The notes beneath the pieces are model-generated. The model saw only the letters and a program-made list of their open reading frames with translations. It did no database searches and was not told the origin of the DNA. The position numbers and the translations under genes are program-made. This document shows positions 19,941 through 30,179 of a DNA stretch of 44,067 bases, one piece after another (position 1 is the stretch's first letter; each line of letters starts with the position of its first letter). This stretch comes from a virus (taxonomy: Duplodnaviria; Heunggongvirae; Uroviricota; Caudoviricetes): positions 1 to 44,067 of IMG/VR virus record IMGVR_UViG_2909303794_000010; one strand, 5' to 3'.

Positions 19941-21146
19941 TTACGCCGCTGCAATCTTCAGCAGTTTGATGGCCTGCGAATCGACCAGCATGCCGCCGGT
20001 GCGCTTGGTGGTATAAAAACCGACAAACGGTTTATTGGTGTACGGATCGCGAAGAATGCGGGTACCGATACGGTCAACGATGGTGTAACCCCGTTTGAAG
20101 TTACCAAATGCAATGGCTTTCGCATCCGCGGCAATATCCGGCATCTGCTCGTTTTCAGCGATACCGTAACCCGCCAGAGAGGATGGCTGCCCCAGTTCCA
20201 GCCCAGGACGCCACAGATAGTTACCCTCGGTGTCTTTCAGCAGACGGATGGCAAACAGGCTGTTGTTGTTCATCATGAACTTCGCGCCAGTGCGGTGTGC
20301 CTTACGCAGCGTGTAAATCAGTTTGATAATGGCGTCTGCGGTCACCGCGGTCGCTTCGCCGGATACAATATGCTGAAGTTTGCCGAACGCCCGGACCTTG
20401 TCGGTTTCATCAGTGGATTCATACGCCAGGAACCCTTTCGGCTTCTTGGTGCCATCGCCTGAGGTAAAGGCAATTTCTTCCTGTTCGGCAAATTCGGTTG
20501 CCAGCTCGCTGTTGATCCAGGCCTCCACGTTGAAGAAGGCATCGTCCAGCATTTTCTGGGTAGCCTGTGGGTTGCCGTAAATTTCCCCCATGAGAGGTTC
20601 AATCAGCTCCAGTCTGGAGGTGGCAGTCTGGGATCGCGTATCCGTTTCCCCCACCCATCCGGAAGCCGTACCGCCCAGATTCACCAGTTTTTTGTAGTCG
20701 GAACCGCCAACGGTGATCACCGTGGCTTCCTGACGCATCACCACTTCATCTTTCAGCAGGTTAAGAATGTTGCGATCCAGTTCTTCCGGCACGGCGTAGC
20801 CACCGTCTTCATCGGTACCCACCTGCAATGCCTTACGCTCCAGATCGCGAAGACCGTCTTCACGGCCTTTACGCAGGAAGCCCACAAACGCCTCTTTATG
20901 CTCGGTGGCCAGTTTATTTTGCGCACCACCTGCCGGACGTTTCAGCTCAAGCAGCTCTTTTTCAAGGTCGCTTTTAAGATTTTCCAGCTCGCTGAGTTTC
21001 CCGTTCAGGGTTTCCACCTGCCCGGCAAGCTTGCCTTTTTCCTGCTCAATCGCATCCACGCGCTTGTCGTTCTTTGCTTTGAAGTCGTCAAACTTCTGCT
21101 GCAGCTCCTGCGCGACCTGTTCGACATCTTTAATATCAACCGCCAT
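19941..21146 (-). CDS. major capsid protein, HK97 fold
   Basis: 401 aa with an N-terminal coiled-coil scaffold-like region (..LNGKLSELENLKSDLEKELLELK..); follows the prohead protease. Confidence 0.85.
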   Translation of the reverse strand: MAVDIKDVEQVAQELQQKFDDFKAKNDKRVDAIEQEKGKLAGQVETLNGKLSELENLKSDLEKELLELKRPAGGAQNKLATEHKEAFVGFLRKGREDGLRDLERKALQVGTDEDGGYAVPEELDRNILNLLKDEVVMRQEATVITVGGSDYKKLVNLGGTASGWVGETDTRSQTATSRLELIEPLMGEIYGNPQATQKMLDDAFFNVEAWINSELATEFAEQEEIAFTSGDGTKKPKGFLAYESTDETDKVRAFGKLQHIVSGEATAVTADAIIKLIYTLRKAHRTGAKFMMNNNSLFAIRLLKDTEGNYLWRPGLELGQPSSLAGYGIAENEQMPDIAADAKAIAFGNFKRGYTIVDRIGTRILRDPYTNKPFVGFYTTKRTGGMLVDSQAIKLLKIAAA

Positions 21147-21160
21147 CGTATTTCTCCTGA

Positions 21161-21847
21161 TTAGAAGTTCAGATTTTTCAGTGCATTCAGTGCAGAGCCC
21201 ACATCCTCAGCGTCGCGCAGGGACAGTGCGCCATAGCCCCCGGCCATGAATGCTTTGGCCTGGGTACGGGAGAGTCCGACATCACGCAGGACTCTTTCGA
21301 TTTTTTTCTGTTCGGGGATTTCCCCGCGGGCCAGTGCGTTCTTGACGTCGCTGATCCGCGCCTCGTCGTTAGACGGGAACGTCACCAGGCTGACTTCCCA
21401 GAGGTCGATTTCTTTCAGCAGAAAGGCTTCTTTGCTCCGGTCGTATTCCCAGTCTTTCAGGACGTACCCAATAGAAAGGCCGGTTAACGAACCGGCCTTC
21501 ATGTGTGCATGTGCGCGTTTTGCGAGGGGATCATCATCAATAAGCAACCGTCCCCTGACGTAAAGCCCGACATCGTCTTCCTTCATTTCGGTGTAAACAC
21601 CGATGGGTTCATCCATGCGGTGCTGCCAGAGCAGCGCAGGTAACGCTTTTCTGTCACTCCACGCCCGCAGGGAAGCAGCAAATGCCCCGGACATCACCAC
21701 ATCATCGTGGCTGTCCTTTACACCAAAGACGGAGCCATACCCTTCAAACTCACCGGAGTCACTGACAGATTTCAGACTCAGCGGTACATCAAGACGTTGT
21801 TTCGTCTGCATTGGCGTTATCCTTCTGCTTACCGGCTTTACTGCCAT
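21161..21847 (-). CDS. prohead maturation protease (HK97 family)
   Basis: Size and position between portal and capsid. Confidence 0.75.
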   Translation of the reverse strand: MAVKPVSRRITPMQTKQRLDVPLSLKSVSDSGEFEGYGSVFGVKDSHDDVVMSGAFAASLRAWSDRKALPALLWQHRMDEPIGVYTEMKEDDVGLYVRGRLLIDDDPLAKRAHAHMKAGSLTGLSIGYVLKDWEYDRSKEAFLLKEIDLWEVSLVTFPSNDEARISDVKNALARGEIPEQKKIERVLRDVGLSRTQAKAFMAGGYGALSLRDAEDVGSALNALKNLNF

Positions 21848-23030
21848 CGGAGGGTTTCGTGGTCATGTTCATCGGTGTGAGATAGACATCACCACCGGGA
21901 CGCGGATTCATATCTTCCAGGTCGCGGCAGTCATTGGGAGAGTAAATTCCCCAGTTGATCCCGGTGGCGTAGGCTTCAAAACGGGACTTCATATCCCCGC
22001 GCAGTAACGCCCCGGCGTTAAATTTGGCGTAATAAACGCCCTGCTTACTTTTTCGTACCAGTCCGGTGTTGATCCGCTGTTCGATGCGGGTCAGATACGG
22101 CACCAGTGAATAGTTGATAAATCCCAGCCCCAGCTCTTCGATATTGTTGAAGGTGGCGCGATCGGTGTTCTGCACCATGTGCAACGGCACCCGGAACAGA
22201 CGACAGATTTCTTCAAGCTGAAACTTGCGGGTTTCCAGGAACTGGCTGTCCTCGGCGTTCAGCGCCATCGACTTCCAGTCCAGCCCCATCTCAAGGATCA
22301 TCGGGCGGTGAGCATTGCCAAGCCCGGTGTGACGCTCCTCAAAATCTTTCTTCAGGCGCTCATAAGCCTGATCTGACAGCGTCTGCTCTGTACGCAACAC
22401 ACCCGACGTCACCGCGCCATTGCTGAACAGTCTGGCCCCGTGCTCTTCGGTCGCTGCCGCCAGCGATATTGCCTCGCGGGCATAGGCGATGGGATTCAGC
22501 CCCACCAGTCCGTCCAGCGTCAGCGTGCGCACATGCCAGATATCCTCCTGGCTCAGTACATCCGTGGAGCCATCCGGGAATGTGACCTGATAGACCGGCT
22601 CCCAGCTACTGTTAAGCTTCGGTACCACACAGCCGGGATCGACGGGCAGCAGTTCAGCCACTTCGCCAAATGCTTTCACTTTGTAGGCGTAAAAGTTTCC
22701 CCGCAGGCACAGACAGGTGACCACCAGCTCCCAGAACTCCTGCGGCGTCATATAGCCATTGGGATGCGTGGAGATCAGCTTATGCAGACGTTCGCCAGTG
22801 GCTCTCTGCTTCAGGCTGCCGTTCAGGTGATACAGGTTGCAGGGCAACATCCCGACCGACTCCGCCAGCACCCTGACGCAGGAAAAAACCGCCGTCAGTC
22901 GCATGGCCCTCTGGCTGCTGATCTGCTTTCCGGTATAGGTGTCGTATGACAGCCCGATAGCATCCGCCAGCTCTGCTGGCGTGGTCACCGGTGCGTCACT
23001 TTTTCGTTGAAATAATCCCGAAAAGAACAC
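21789..23030 (-). CDS. portal protein
   Basis: 413 aa, directly downstream of the terminase large subunit. Confidence 0.85.
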   Translation of the reverse strand: MFFSGLFQRKSDAPVTTPAELADAIGLSYDTYTGKQISSQRAMRLTAVFSCVRVLAESVGMLPCNLYHLNGSLKQRATGERLHKLISTHPNGYMTPQEFWELVVTCLCLRGNFYAYKVKAFGEVAELLPVDPGCVVPKLNSSWEPVYQVTFPDGSTDVLSQEDIWHVRTLTLDGLVGLNPIAYAREAISLAAATEEHGARLFSNGAVTSGVLRTEQTLSDQAYERLKKDFEERHTGLGNAHRPMILEMGLDWKSMALNAEDSQFLETRKFQLEEICRLFRVPLHMVQNTDRATFNNIEELGLGFINYSLVPYLTRIEQRINTGLVRKSKQGVYYAKFNAGALLRGDMKSRFEAYATGINWGIYSPNDCRDLEDMNPRPGGDVYLTPMNMTTKPSDGSKAGKQKDNANADETTS

Positions 23031-23212
23031 TATTTACCTCCACCAACAGACATCTGTGTACGGTCGAGATATCGCGCCACCAGCCACGACCAGAACAGGC
23101 ACAACGCCCCGGCAACAACAAACCCCGCAGGGGGATAAATCAGCCAGGCACCATACGCCAGCAAAAGCACCCCCAGCACGCCCACCAGAGGCGCGAGAAT
23201 CAGCATGATCAT
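23030..23212 (-). CDS. small membrane protein (hypothetical)
   Basis: 60 aa with two hydrophobic helices; tightly packed between terminase and portal. Confidence 0.35.
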   Translation of the reverse strand: MIMLILAPLVGVLGVLLLAYGAWLIYPPAGFVVAGALCLFWSWLVARYLDRTQMSVGGGK

Positions 23213-23223
23213 AATTACCTCAG

Positions 23224-24957
23224 TTAAAGCGAGCGGATCCCGTAGGACTCAATGTGATCAGACAGCGTGTCTTCTTTCTCGTACAGCATGGCTCTGCCAA
23301 CCGCCATAATCAGCGCAACTGCACCGTCAATTTTGTTTTCCGCCTGCTCTTTGACGGGTTTCACCACATCATCGTTACCCGGCATGTTTTTGCCGACCAC
23401 GTTGCCGATACACCAGGTCATGATGGGATTGCCGTCATGATGAAAACGTCCCGATTCAATGGCTGCTTCCAGCTCTTTCATCGGATCGGACATATTGGTG
23501 AAGTTCTGGAAGATAGTGACGGGATTCAGGTCTTCATCAGCAAGGTCATGTGACAGCCCGGTCGCCCCGAAGGGGTCGATGGGTGACTCGCTGACCGGGC
23601 TGATTTTGTTCGCCGCTTTGGCCTCTTCGAGGATGTAGCGATAATCCACCTCTGCACCATCGGTAACGGTCAGGACGCCCATTTCCACCCATTTCTGAAA
23701 GCGTTCGGCTGTCCGGCGATCTTCATTTTTCTCGACGCTGTACACCGTGTCATACGGTACCCAGAAACGCGGGGCCACACTGTAGTAATGCGTTTTACCG
23801 TCAATCTCGCGGGTATAAAGTCGCGCCATGCTGTTCATATCCAGCTTACGCGCCAGGTCAAAGGCCAGAATGCACGGCTGCCCCTCGAACTGCTCAAGAG
23901 TCAGTGATTTATCCTCGCAGCTCTGCCAGCTCACCAGGTTGAAATACGCCGAACGCGCCGACACCCAGATATTGAGGTGTTTTGTTTTAAAGACGTTTGC
24001 CAGACGGGCGTTATTTTTCGCACGCTGCTGCTGACTTAACAAAAATTCGCGATAAACCGACACGCCAATATTTGGATTGGCTTTTTCCAGCACCTGCGGG
24101 TCGGTCCAGTCGTCACCTTCATCAACGGTATAGATGATCCCGAACAGTTCATCGTTAGGCACCGAGCCGTTGAGCATCTCGATGACTTCCCGCCGTTTGT
24201 CGTAGCACGGCCCCTCAATGTTGTACCCGGCGGTGGTGATGGCCCACATCAGTGGCTGACGTCGCGCCCCCATCCCGGTAAGCATTGTGGTATAAAGCGC
24301 ATCGGTGGCATGCTCGTGATATTCATCAACCACGGCACAGTGGGGTGATGAACCATCACCTGGGTTGCCGATCAGCGGTTCAAACCGCGCGCCATCCTCC
24401 GGACGGTTCATGTTTGAGGCGTTAACCTCAATCCCGAACGCTTCCGTCAGCATGGGTGTGCGTTTACACATCAGTCGCGCCGGGCGAAAGACTTCCCACG
24501 CCTGTTTCTCTGTCGTGGCACCGGAATACACTTCCGCGCCAAACTCGTTATCACAGGCAAAACAATACAGGGCAACACCGGCAGAGATTGCTGATTTGCC
24601 GTTCTTACGGGGGATTTCGGTATACACCTCCCTGAAGCGGCGCAGCCGGGAGCCTTTATTGACCCAGCCAAACGCACAGCAGATCACAAAGAGCTGCCAC
24701 GGTTCCAGCGTGATGGGCATCCTCTTGAATGCCCACTCCCCCTTGGTGTGCGGCAACAGCTGAATAAATTTCGCGGCCCGTTCAGCCAGGTCCTTGTCGA
24801 AGCGGTAACGAAACGACTTACTTTTTTCCGCCATCAGGTCATCAAGATGGCGCTGGCAGGCCTGAATCACAAACTGGCAGGCCACAATCTTTCCGCGCAC
24901 GACATCACGGGCATACTGATTGGCAGCATTTACGTTGGGGTAAGATTTCCGGCTCAT
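23224..24957 (-). CDS. terminase large subunit
   Basis: 577 aa; ATPase and nuclease-type motifs; 4-bp overlap with the small subunit. Confidence 0.9.
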   Translation of the reverse strand: MSRKSYPNVNAANQYARDVVRGKIVACQFVIQACQRHLDDLMAEKSKSFRYRFDKDLAERAAKFIQLLPHTKGEWAFKRMPITLEPWQLFVICCAFGWVNKGSRLRRFREVYTEIPRKNGKSAISAGVALYCFACDNEFGAEVYSGATTEKQAWEVFRPARLMCKRTPMLTEAFGIEVNASNMNRPEDGARFEPLIGNPGDGSSPHCAVVDEYHEHATDALYTTMLTGMGARRQPLMWAITTAGYNIEGPCYDKRREVIEMLNGSVPNDELFGIIYTVDEGDDWTDPQVLEKANPNIGVSVYREFLLSQQQRAKNNARLANVFKTKHLNIWVSARSAYFNLVSWQSCEDKSLTLEQFEGQPCILAFDLARKLDMNSMARLYTREIDGKTHYYSVAPRFWVPYDTVYSVEKNEDRRTAERFQKWVEMGVLTVTDGAEVDYRYILEEAKAANKISPVSESPIDPFGATGLSHDLADEDLNPVTIFQNFTNMSDPMKELEAAIESGRFHHDGNPIMTWCIGNVVGKNMPGNDDVVKPVKEQAENKIDGAVALIMAVGRAMLYEKEDTLSDHIESYGIRSL

Positions 24958-25457
24958 GATTCGATGATTTTCAGAAACGGGTTAGTGGCTTTCTTCTGCC
25001 CCGCCAGGCCAATCAGACGCTGGCGGCTGCTGGGGTCGAGTCCGAGCATTGCCCCCGTACTGCTCATCTCGGACTCCTGTTCTTTTTTGGCGGTCAGCTC
25101 CGGATTTTTGACCATACCGCCCATTGCACCGGTGATGGTGTTGCCCTGTCTGGCAATATTTTTCACGGCACGTCGCCAGAACTCGTAGGCCACGCACCAC
25201 CGCTCAAGCACCGCGAGGTCAGTCACGCACAGCAGGCCCTGACCGCAGAGTTCTTTAGTTGTCAGTTGCCACATGATCGTAGCGAGAGGGAGATCTTCTT
25301 CAGCGAACCACTCCGGTGGCTCAACACCTTTGATGGGCGTAAAAACAGGTTCATCTTTATTCAGGGCTCGCTTGCCGGGGTTTCCGGCCAGCGCCTTGCG
25401 CGCCGTTGGCTTGGGGCGACGCCCGGAACGCCCCGCCGTTCCAGCCATATGCGGCAC
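24954..25457 (-). CDS. terminase small subunit
   Basis: 167 aa, basic N-terminus, directly upstream of the large subunit. Confidence 0.75.
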   Translation of the reverse strand: MPHMAGTAGRSGRRPKPTARKALAGNPGKRALNKDEPVFTPIKGVEPPEWFAEEDLPLATIMWQLTTKELCGQGLLCVTDLAVLERWCVAYEFWRRAVKNIARQGNTITGAMGGMVKNPELTAKKEQESEMSSTGAMLGLDPSSRQRLIGLAGQKKATNPFLKIIES

Positions 25458-25573
25458 TCCTGGTTAAATTTCATTTTTCGCGGGTATAAAAAAACGATGG
25501 GGCGGGCAGTCCGGAAGACGTCAGGTCACAGGGATTTGACCCGCCCCTCCCCTCAGACAGTTGAGAGTTATTA

Positions 25574-25924
25574 TCACTTAAGCCGTTCACGGGCCGTCTT
25601 CGCCTTATGACACGGCCAGCACAGACTCTGCAGATTACTGTCGGCATCAGTGCCGCCATGTGCTTTAGGGATGATGTGATCAACGGTTTTCGCCTCACGC
25701 GCCACACCAGCACGCAGACATAACTGACACAGGCCTTTGTCACGTTGCAGCACACGCACACGGATAACATCCCACTTAGAACCATAACCGCGCTGATGAC
25801 GGGATTGTCCTGACTTGTATTGCTTCCAGCCTTCGCTTTTGTGGCTTTCGCAATAGCCTGATGAGTCAGTGGTGGTATGGGGGCAGCCGCGAACGCGGCA
25901 GGCTTTTGGGGTTCGTGGTGGCAT
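25574..25924 (-). CDS. HNH endonuclease (terminase-associated)
   Basis: CxxC...DHIIPKAHGG...N...CWPCH motif; start chosen at MPPRTPKA with RBS AAGAGGA; the ORF track start at 25987 is probably too long. Confidence 0.8.
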   Translation of the reverse strand: MPPRTPKACRVRGCPHTTTDSSGYCESHKSEGWKQYKSGQSRHQRGYGSKWDVIRVRVLQRDKGLCQLCLRAGVAREAKTVDHIIPKAHGGTDADSNLQSLCWPCHKAKTARERLK

Positions 25925-26074
25925 TGCATAATCCTCTTGGATGGTTCGCGTGCGATACGTGGCATCCTTCTCAGAATCGAATCGCACTCCACTCCGGTTT
26001 TGCCATAAACGATCTTTTATGCTTCGCTGGATGTAGTTGATAGTTGTTGAAACTCAATGAACAGGAGTTCACAA

Positions 26075-26410
26075 ATGAATAGTTATGAATGGGAATGGCT
26101 TTTAAACAAAGATGACACCCTATGCTTTTTCCCCGTAGGCCATTCTGTAGAAGGTAATTACAAAATTCACTTTGAGTTGAGCGGTAGTTGTAACCTTAGA
26201 GTCTCAGATGCTGAATGGCATGGTAAACCTGTACTGCTGTTCGAATACTTCGATGAAGATGATGACCGCCCTGCAATAATCGAAATATTAGAAACAACCA
26301 CTACAACTGTGGAGGCGATGATCGCACATCTGAATAGTATCGATAGTATTTACCATGAACCGATTTACAAAGCGGTTTACGAGTGGGCCGTAAAGTTTTT
26401 CTATCGATGA
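26075..26410 (+). CDS. hypothetical acidic protein (111 aa)
   Basis: RBS AGGAG 7 nt upstream of the ATG at 26075; acidic stretch EYFDEDDDRPAIIEILE; antisense to the late operon; AT-rich. Confidence 0.5.
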   Translation: MNSYEWEWLLNKDDTLCFFPVGHSVEGNYKIHFELSGSCNLRVSDAEWHGKPVLLFEYFDEDDDRPAIIEILETTTTTVEAMIAHLNSIDSIYHEPIYKAVYEWAVKFFYR

Positions 26411-26453
26411 TAGTTCGTTATCTTGCTGGCATTCACAATACCTTTACATACTA

Positions 26454-27080
26454 ATGACATGCCAGCACAATACTGTCACTTACAACCGTTCGGATTACCT
26501 AGAGAAAAGTATGATTCAGGATTTACTGATCGAAGCAATTAGTCACGATAGGATGCATAAAAAGTTAAATGAACTGAATTGCTACTTCTACAATCGCAAA
26601 CATGAAACTCAAATACGTGATGAGTTAGTTGTTATTCTCAATCAAATCAGCACACTAACTGCTTTAAGTGAGCATCCAAAACTCGGTATCGGCGCTGTTG
26701 ACATATCACTTTATAACCAGTCGATATTAACGTCTGAACATAATGGCAATGTTGCAACCATCGAGATTAAACACCATTACCCAAAGGATTTACTTTATCG
26801 GCAAGTTCAAGAAGACATCATTTCCGATATTTCAAGAGTAATAGTTTCACCAACTACACACTTTATCCATATAATCCAGCAAAGAACCAAGATTAAAACT
26901 CCTTCTTTTGGTCAAGTGAAATTCCTTGAACGTGATGCAAGTGATATCAGCACTTATGTGCAATGTCTTGAGGAGCTAAGTTCATTTCCCAGTAATTTTC
27001 ATAAAAAAAGTGTATGTATTGAGGTACTTGGTGAAATTATGTCGACATATACCTTTAACGTATATTCATTTGACAACTGA
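26454..27080 (+). CDS. hypothetical protein (208 aa; alternative start 26511)
   Basis: Long ORF co-oriented with the preceding gene; no recognisable motifs. Confidence 0.45.
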   Translation: MTCQHNTVTYNRSDYLEKSMIQDLLIEAISHDRMHKKLNELNCYFYNRKHETQIRDELVVILNQISTLTALSEHPKLGIGAVDISLYNQSILTSEHNGNVATIEIKHHYPKDLLYRQVQEDIISDISRVIVSPTTHFIHIIQQRTKIKTPSFGQVKFLERDASDISTYVQCLEELSSFPSNFHKKSVCIEVLGEIMSTYTFNVYSFDN

Positions 27081-27101
27081 TTAATTTGACAATTTTATTG
27101 C

Positions 27102-27359
27102 TTAATGGTTAGTTCTCTCTGCATCTATTTTACGAATATCAGCTTTATCCCGATTGCAGTTAGCCAGCGCAGACAACAGACTCACATTCAGCTCCAGACT
27201 GGCACCATACGTCAGCGGATTAGGTATAAACGGTACAGGAGTATCAGAAGTCAGGCTGGGTGGCAGTGGTGCCACCGGAACGCTCACGTAAACTGTCCGC
27301 GTACTTCCGCAACCGGTCAGCAGCGGCAGCAGGCACAGCACGTGAAGCACAATCATCAT
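27102..27359 (-). CDS. Rz1-like outer-membrane spanin
   Basis: Lipobox LLTGC after a signal-like MIVLHVLCLLP, Pro-rich mature part; +1-frame overlap with the 3' end of the Rz gene. Confidence 0.6.
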   Translation of the reverse strand: MMIVLHVLCLLPLLTGCGSTRTVYVSVPVAPLPPSLTSDTPVPFIPNPLTYGASLELNVSLLSALANCNRDKADIRKIDAERTNH

Positions 27360-27636
27360 CCGCAACAGCCATTTTGATATCTTCCTGGGTTCTCTGTGAC
27401 TCCAGTGCGATCTGCTGTTTTGCATGCTGGTTAGCCTCCAGTACTGTATTGACGATTTGCAGTGATTGCAGGACGTTATTGGTAATGGCAGTTGCCGATT
27501 TGGCATTTTGTACAGCCTCATCAGCACGTTTCTTTTCGTGCTGATATTTGCTGTAGTAGTGATTCGCTGACCAGATGAAAGAGCCAATAACAGTAAAGAA
27601 GAAAGCAGAGATAGTCAGCTTATAACTCAACTTCAT
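27244..27636 (-). CDS. Rz-like inner-membrane spanin
   Basis: N-terminal TM helix then a charged coiled-coil region; immediately downstream of the endolysin. Confidence 0.7.
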   Translation of the reverse strand: MKLSYKLTISAFFFTVIGSFIWSANHYYSKYQHEKKRADEAVQNAKSATAITNNVLQSLQIVNTVLEANQHAKQQIALESQRTQEDIKMAVADDDCASRAVPAAAADRLRKYADSLRERSGGTTATQPDF

Positions 27637-28096
27637 TTACCACCCCACCAGCCTCTTTAAATCGGGCAATCAGGTCACCGATTTTATGTTCATACTGACC
27701 GTAACCTGCACCGGGTAATGAAGCCCATATATTGCTGCAACGGTCGATTGCCTGACGAATATCGCCGCTATCAATCATAGGTAAAGCGCCACGCTCTTTA
27801 ATCTGCTGCAATGCCACTGCGTCCTGGCTTTTGGGGGAGAAGTCTTTCAAACCAAGCTGTTTACGGTAAGCATCCCACCAACGGGAAAGAAGCTGGTAAC
27901 GTCCGGCGGCTGTTGATTTGAGTTTGGAGTTTAGCTTGACAAGTTTGCGAGGGTGATCGGAGTAATCAGTGAACAGTTCGCCACCAACAATAACATCATA
28001 ACCGTGGTTACGTGTCGGTTGTCGCCCGTTATCCGTTCCTTCTGACCATGCCACCATATCAAGGAAAGCTTTACGCTGGGGATTTAGTGCCTGCAT
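27620..28096 (-). CDS. endolysin, lambda R-like lytic transglycosylase
   Basis: NPQRKAFLDMVAWSEGTDNGRQPTRNHGYDVIVGGELFTDYSDHPRKLV... is near-identical to lambda R as I recall it. Confidence 0.9.
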   Translation of the reverse strand: MQALNPQRKAFLDMVAWSEGTDNGRQPTRNHGYDVIVGGELFTDYSDHPRKLVKLNSKLKSTAAGRYQLLSRWWDAYRKQLGLKDFSPKSQDAVALQQIKERGALPMIDSGDIRQAIDRCSNIWASLPGAGYGQYEHKIGDLIARFKEAGGVVNEVEL

Positions 28097-28099
28097 AAA

Positions 28100-28507
28100 T
28101 TACTCCTTAGAATTACCAAATTTGTTACCGATTACTCGCATTGCAGCCCCACGAATAGCATCGACACCGATCAGCCCAACGCCGCCACCAATGGCAACAG
28201 AAAGCGATTTAGGCCATCCGACATACTCAAGAGCGGATGCAAAGGTCAGCGTCAGAGCACCACAGAGCAAGATCTCGAGCGTTTTTCGCTTCCAGCCACC
28301 ACCACTGCCAAAATAGGCAATGCGCAAGCCAGCCATAACGATCGACATAATCACTGCGCCCAGTGGCGTATCTCCACGCCACCAGCTCTGAAACAACTCC
28401 AGCCAGTCTGGCCAGGTATTTGGGTTATGAGGCATTTCGTCATCTCTCACCTCGCGATTATTTGCGGGTGCTGTGTTGGAAATAAAAAGGCCACGCAACG
28501 TGGCCAC
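28100..28507 (-). CDS. holin (putative, three TM segments; probable start near 28435)
   Basis: Directly upstream of the endolysin; three hydrophobic helices and a charged C-terminus; not lambda S-like. Confidence 0.55.
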   Translation of the reverse strand: MATLRGLFISNTAPANNREVRDDEMPHNPNTWPDWLELFQSWWRGDTPLGAVIMSIVMAGLRIAYFGSGGGWKRKTLEILLCGALTLTFASALEYVGWPKSLSVAIGGGVGLIGVDAIRGAAMRVIGNKFGNSKE

Positions 28508-28512
28508 CAGAA

Positions 28513-29565
28513 TTATTTCCCCACCAGTTCACTTACCTCTTTCACCGTCTGATTAAACCGCTCTGACTCAAGTTCAACACCTAACGCCCGACGTCCCAGC
28601 GCCATTGCTGCTTTTATTGTGGAACCGGATCCCATAAAAAAATCAGCAACCAGATCACCTGGTCGACTACTGGCATTGATTATTTGCCGGAGCATATCCG
28701 CAGGCTTCTCACACGGATGTTTACCCGGGTAGAACTGAACGGGTTTATGCGTCCAGACGTCGGTATAAGGCACGGAAACTGATACGGAGAAATAGCGCCG
28801 GAGAGATTTAAACTCATCCAGCAATTCAGAATATTTGCGATTCAGTGAATCATAAGATGCCACCAGCTGGTGGTGTGGTTGTTCCAGTTGTTGTTCCTGA
28901 AACTTCTCTGCCGCTATACGGGAAAACAGTGCCTGTAACTTCCGATAGTCAGCCTCATTCGGCAACTGCCACTGACTGGCACCAAACCAGTGGGAAACCA
29001 TATTTTTCTTACCTGTGGCTTCGGCAATTTGTTTTGCCGTTATACCCAGTTCGGCACGAGCATCCCTGAAATACGATATCAGCGGTGCCATTATGTGCTG
29101 TTTGAGTTCCCTTTCTTTTGCCGCATAGCCGTCACTTTTGCCGCGATATGGCCCCTGGTAATGTTCAGCAAACAGAACGCGCTCTGTGGCAGGAAAATAT
29201 GCGCGCAGACTTTCTTTATTACACCCATTCCAACGTCCGGACGGCTTCGCCCAGATGATATGGTTAAGCACGTTGAAACGTTCACGCATCATGATCTCAA
29301 TATCAGATGCCAGGCGATGCCCACAGAACAGGTAAAGGCTTCCGGCAGGTTTTAACACCCGCCAGAACTGGGCCAGACAGTGGTCCAGCCACTTAAGGTA
29401 ATCTTCGTCCCCTTTCCACTGATTGTCCCAGCCGTTGGGTTTCACCTTGAAGTAAGGCGGATCGGTAACAATCAGGTCAATGGAATCATCAGGCAGGGAC
29501 TGAATAAAATGCAGGCAATCAGCGTTGATTAAATCAACACTGTTTATTTTTACAGTATTTTTCAT
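28513..29565 (-). CDS. DNA methyltransferase (N6-adenine or N4-cytosine, beta-class)
   Basis: N-terminal DPPY motif (LIVTDPPYFKV); 350 aa; no adjacent restriction endonuclease. Confidence 0.85.
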   Translation of the reverse strand: MKNTVKINSVDLINADCLHFIQSLPDDSIDLIVTDPPYFKVKPNGWDNQWKGDEDYLKWLDHCLAQFWRVLKPAGSLYLFCGHRLASDIEIMMRERFNVLNHIIWAKPSGRWNGCNKESLRAYFPATERVLFAEHYQGPYRGKSDGYAAKERELKQHIMAPLISYFRDARAELGITAKQIAEATGKKNMVSHWFGASQWQLPNEADYRKLQALFSRIAAEKFQEQQLEQPHHQLVASYDSLNRKYSELLDEFKSLRRYFSVSVSVPYTDVWTHKPVQFYPGKHPCEKPADMLRQIINASSRPGDLVADFFMGSGSTIKAAMALGRRALGVELESERFNQTVKEVSELVGK

Positions 29566-29715
29566 GGATCAGTAAGCGTAACTCTGGTAGGCTCACTCTG
29601 CTTTTGCGCTAAAGCAGTGGGCCGTGGTTCGCTTGTGACCAGTAGGCATGAGCGAATGGCTGGCAGGTGCTACCAACACCCACCAGCCGCCCATTTTCAC
29701 AGCAGGAAACCGCCA

Positions 29716-29943
29716 TTACTGGCAGCGTCTGAATTTATTCCCGTACCCGCCGTTATCCTTCGCCAGACCCGCCAGAACTAACTGAGTCAGTATTAACTGG
29801 CACCGGGCTTCGCTTACTCCGGTAGTTCTCGTCATCATGCGTGGCGTTACCCACTTGTCAGCAGGTAAGAAATGAAGGACTGCGGCGGCGGTTTCTGTCA
29901 TATCTTGCTGTTTTAGCATGTCTTTTTCCCTTCTGGTTAACAT
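29716..29943 (-). CDS. hypothetical small protein, possibly DNA-binding
   Basis: 75 aa; first ORF of the late-gene strand after the Q-proximal intergenic region. Confidence 0.35.
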   Translation of the reverse strand: MLTRREKDMLKQQDMTETAAAVLHFLPADKWVTPRMMTRTTGVSEARCQLILTQLVLAGLAKDNGGYGNKFRRCQ

Positions 29944-30041
29944 GACATACCAATAACTCTTGTCTAAAAAGCCAGCAAGATAAAAAGTCAGTATTCACGA
30001 CCACCAGCGTGTTTACTGTACTGCACCAAGTTTACAGGTAC

Positions 30042-30066
30042 AAAAAAACCGCTCAGCGGCGGGTTT
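30042..30066 (-). terminator. candidate short intrinsic terminator (possible tR'-like site of the late promoter region)
   Basis: Short GC hairpin ccgc-NNN-gcgg followed by seven T on the minus strand. Confidence 0.3.
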
Positions 30067-30111
30067 AAGTTGTGTGGCGAAGTAACCACTCTTAACACGA
30101 TACAATAGTTT

Positions 30112-30140
30112 TTGCGTACGCGTTAGTGGTTATGTAAACT
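30112..30140 (+). promoter_or_regulatory. candidate sigma70 promoter for the antisense two-gene unit
   Basis: TTGCGT - 17 nt - TAAACT about 40 nt upstream of the ATG at 30180. Confidence 0.3.
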
Positions 30141-30179
30141 TTCTCCATATAAAAACAGCAAAGAAGCGGATATTTTGAA

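Noticed and set aside
25471-25992. 173-aa ORF overlapping the HNH endonuclease gene in another frame
   Set aside because: The alternative frame carries the HNH motif and a good RBS; this one is a frame-shadow.
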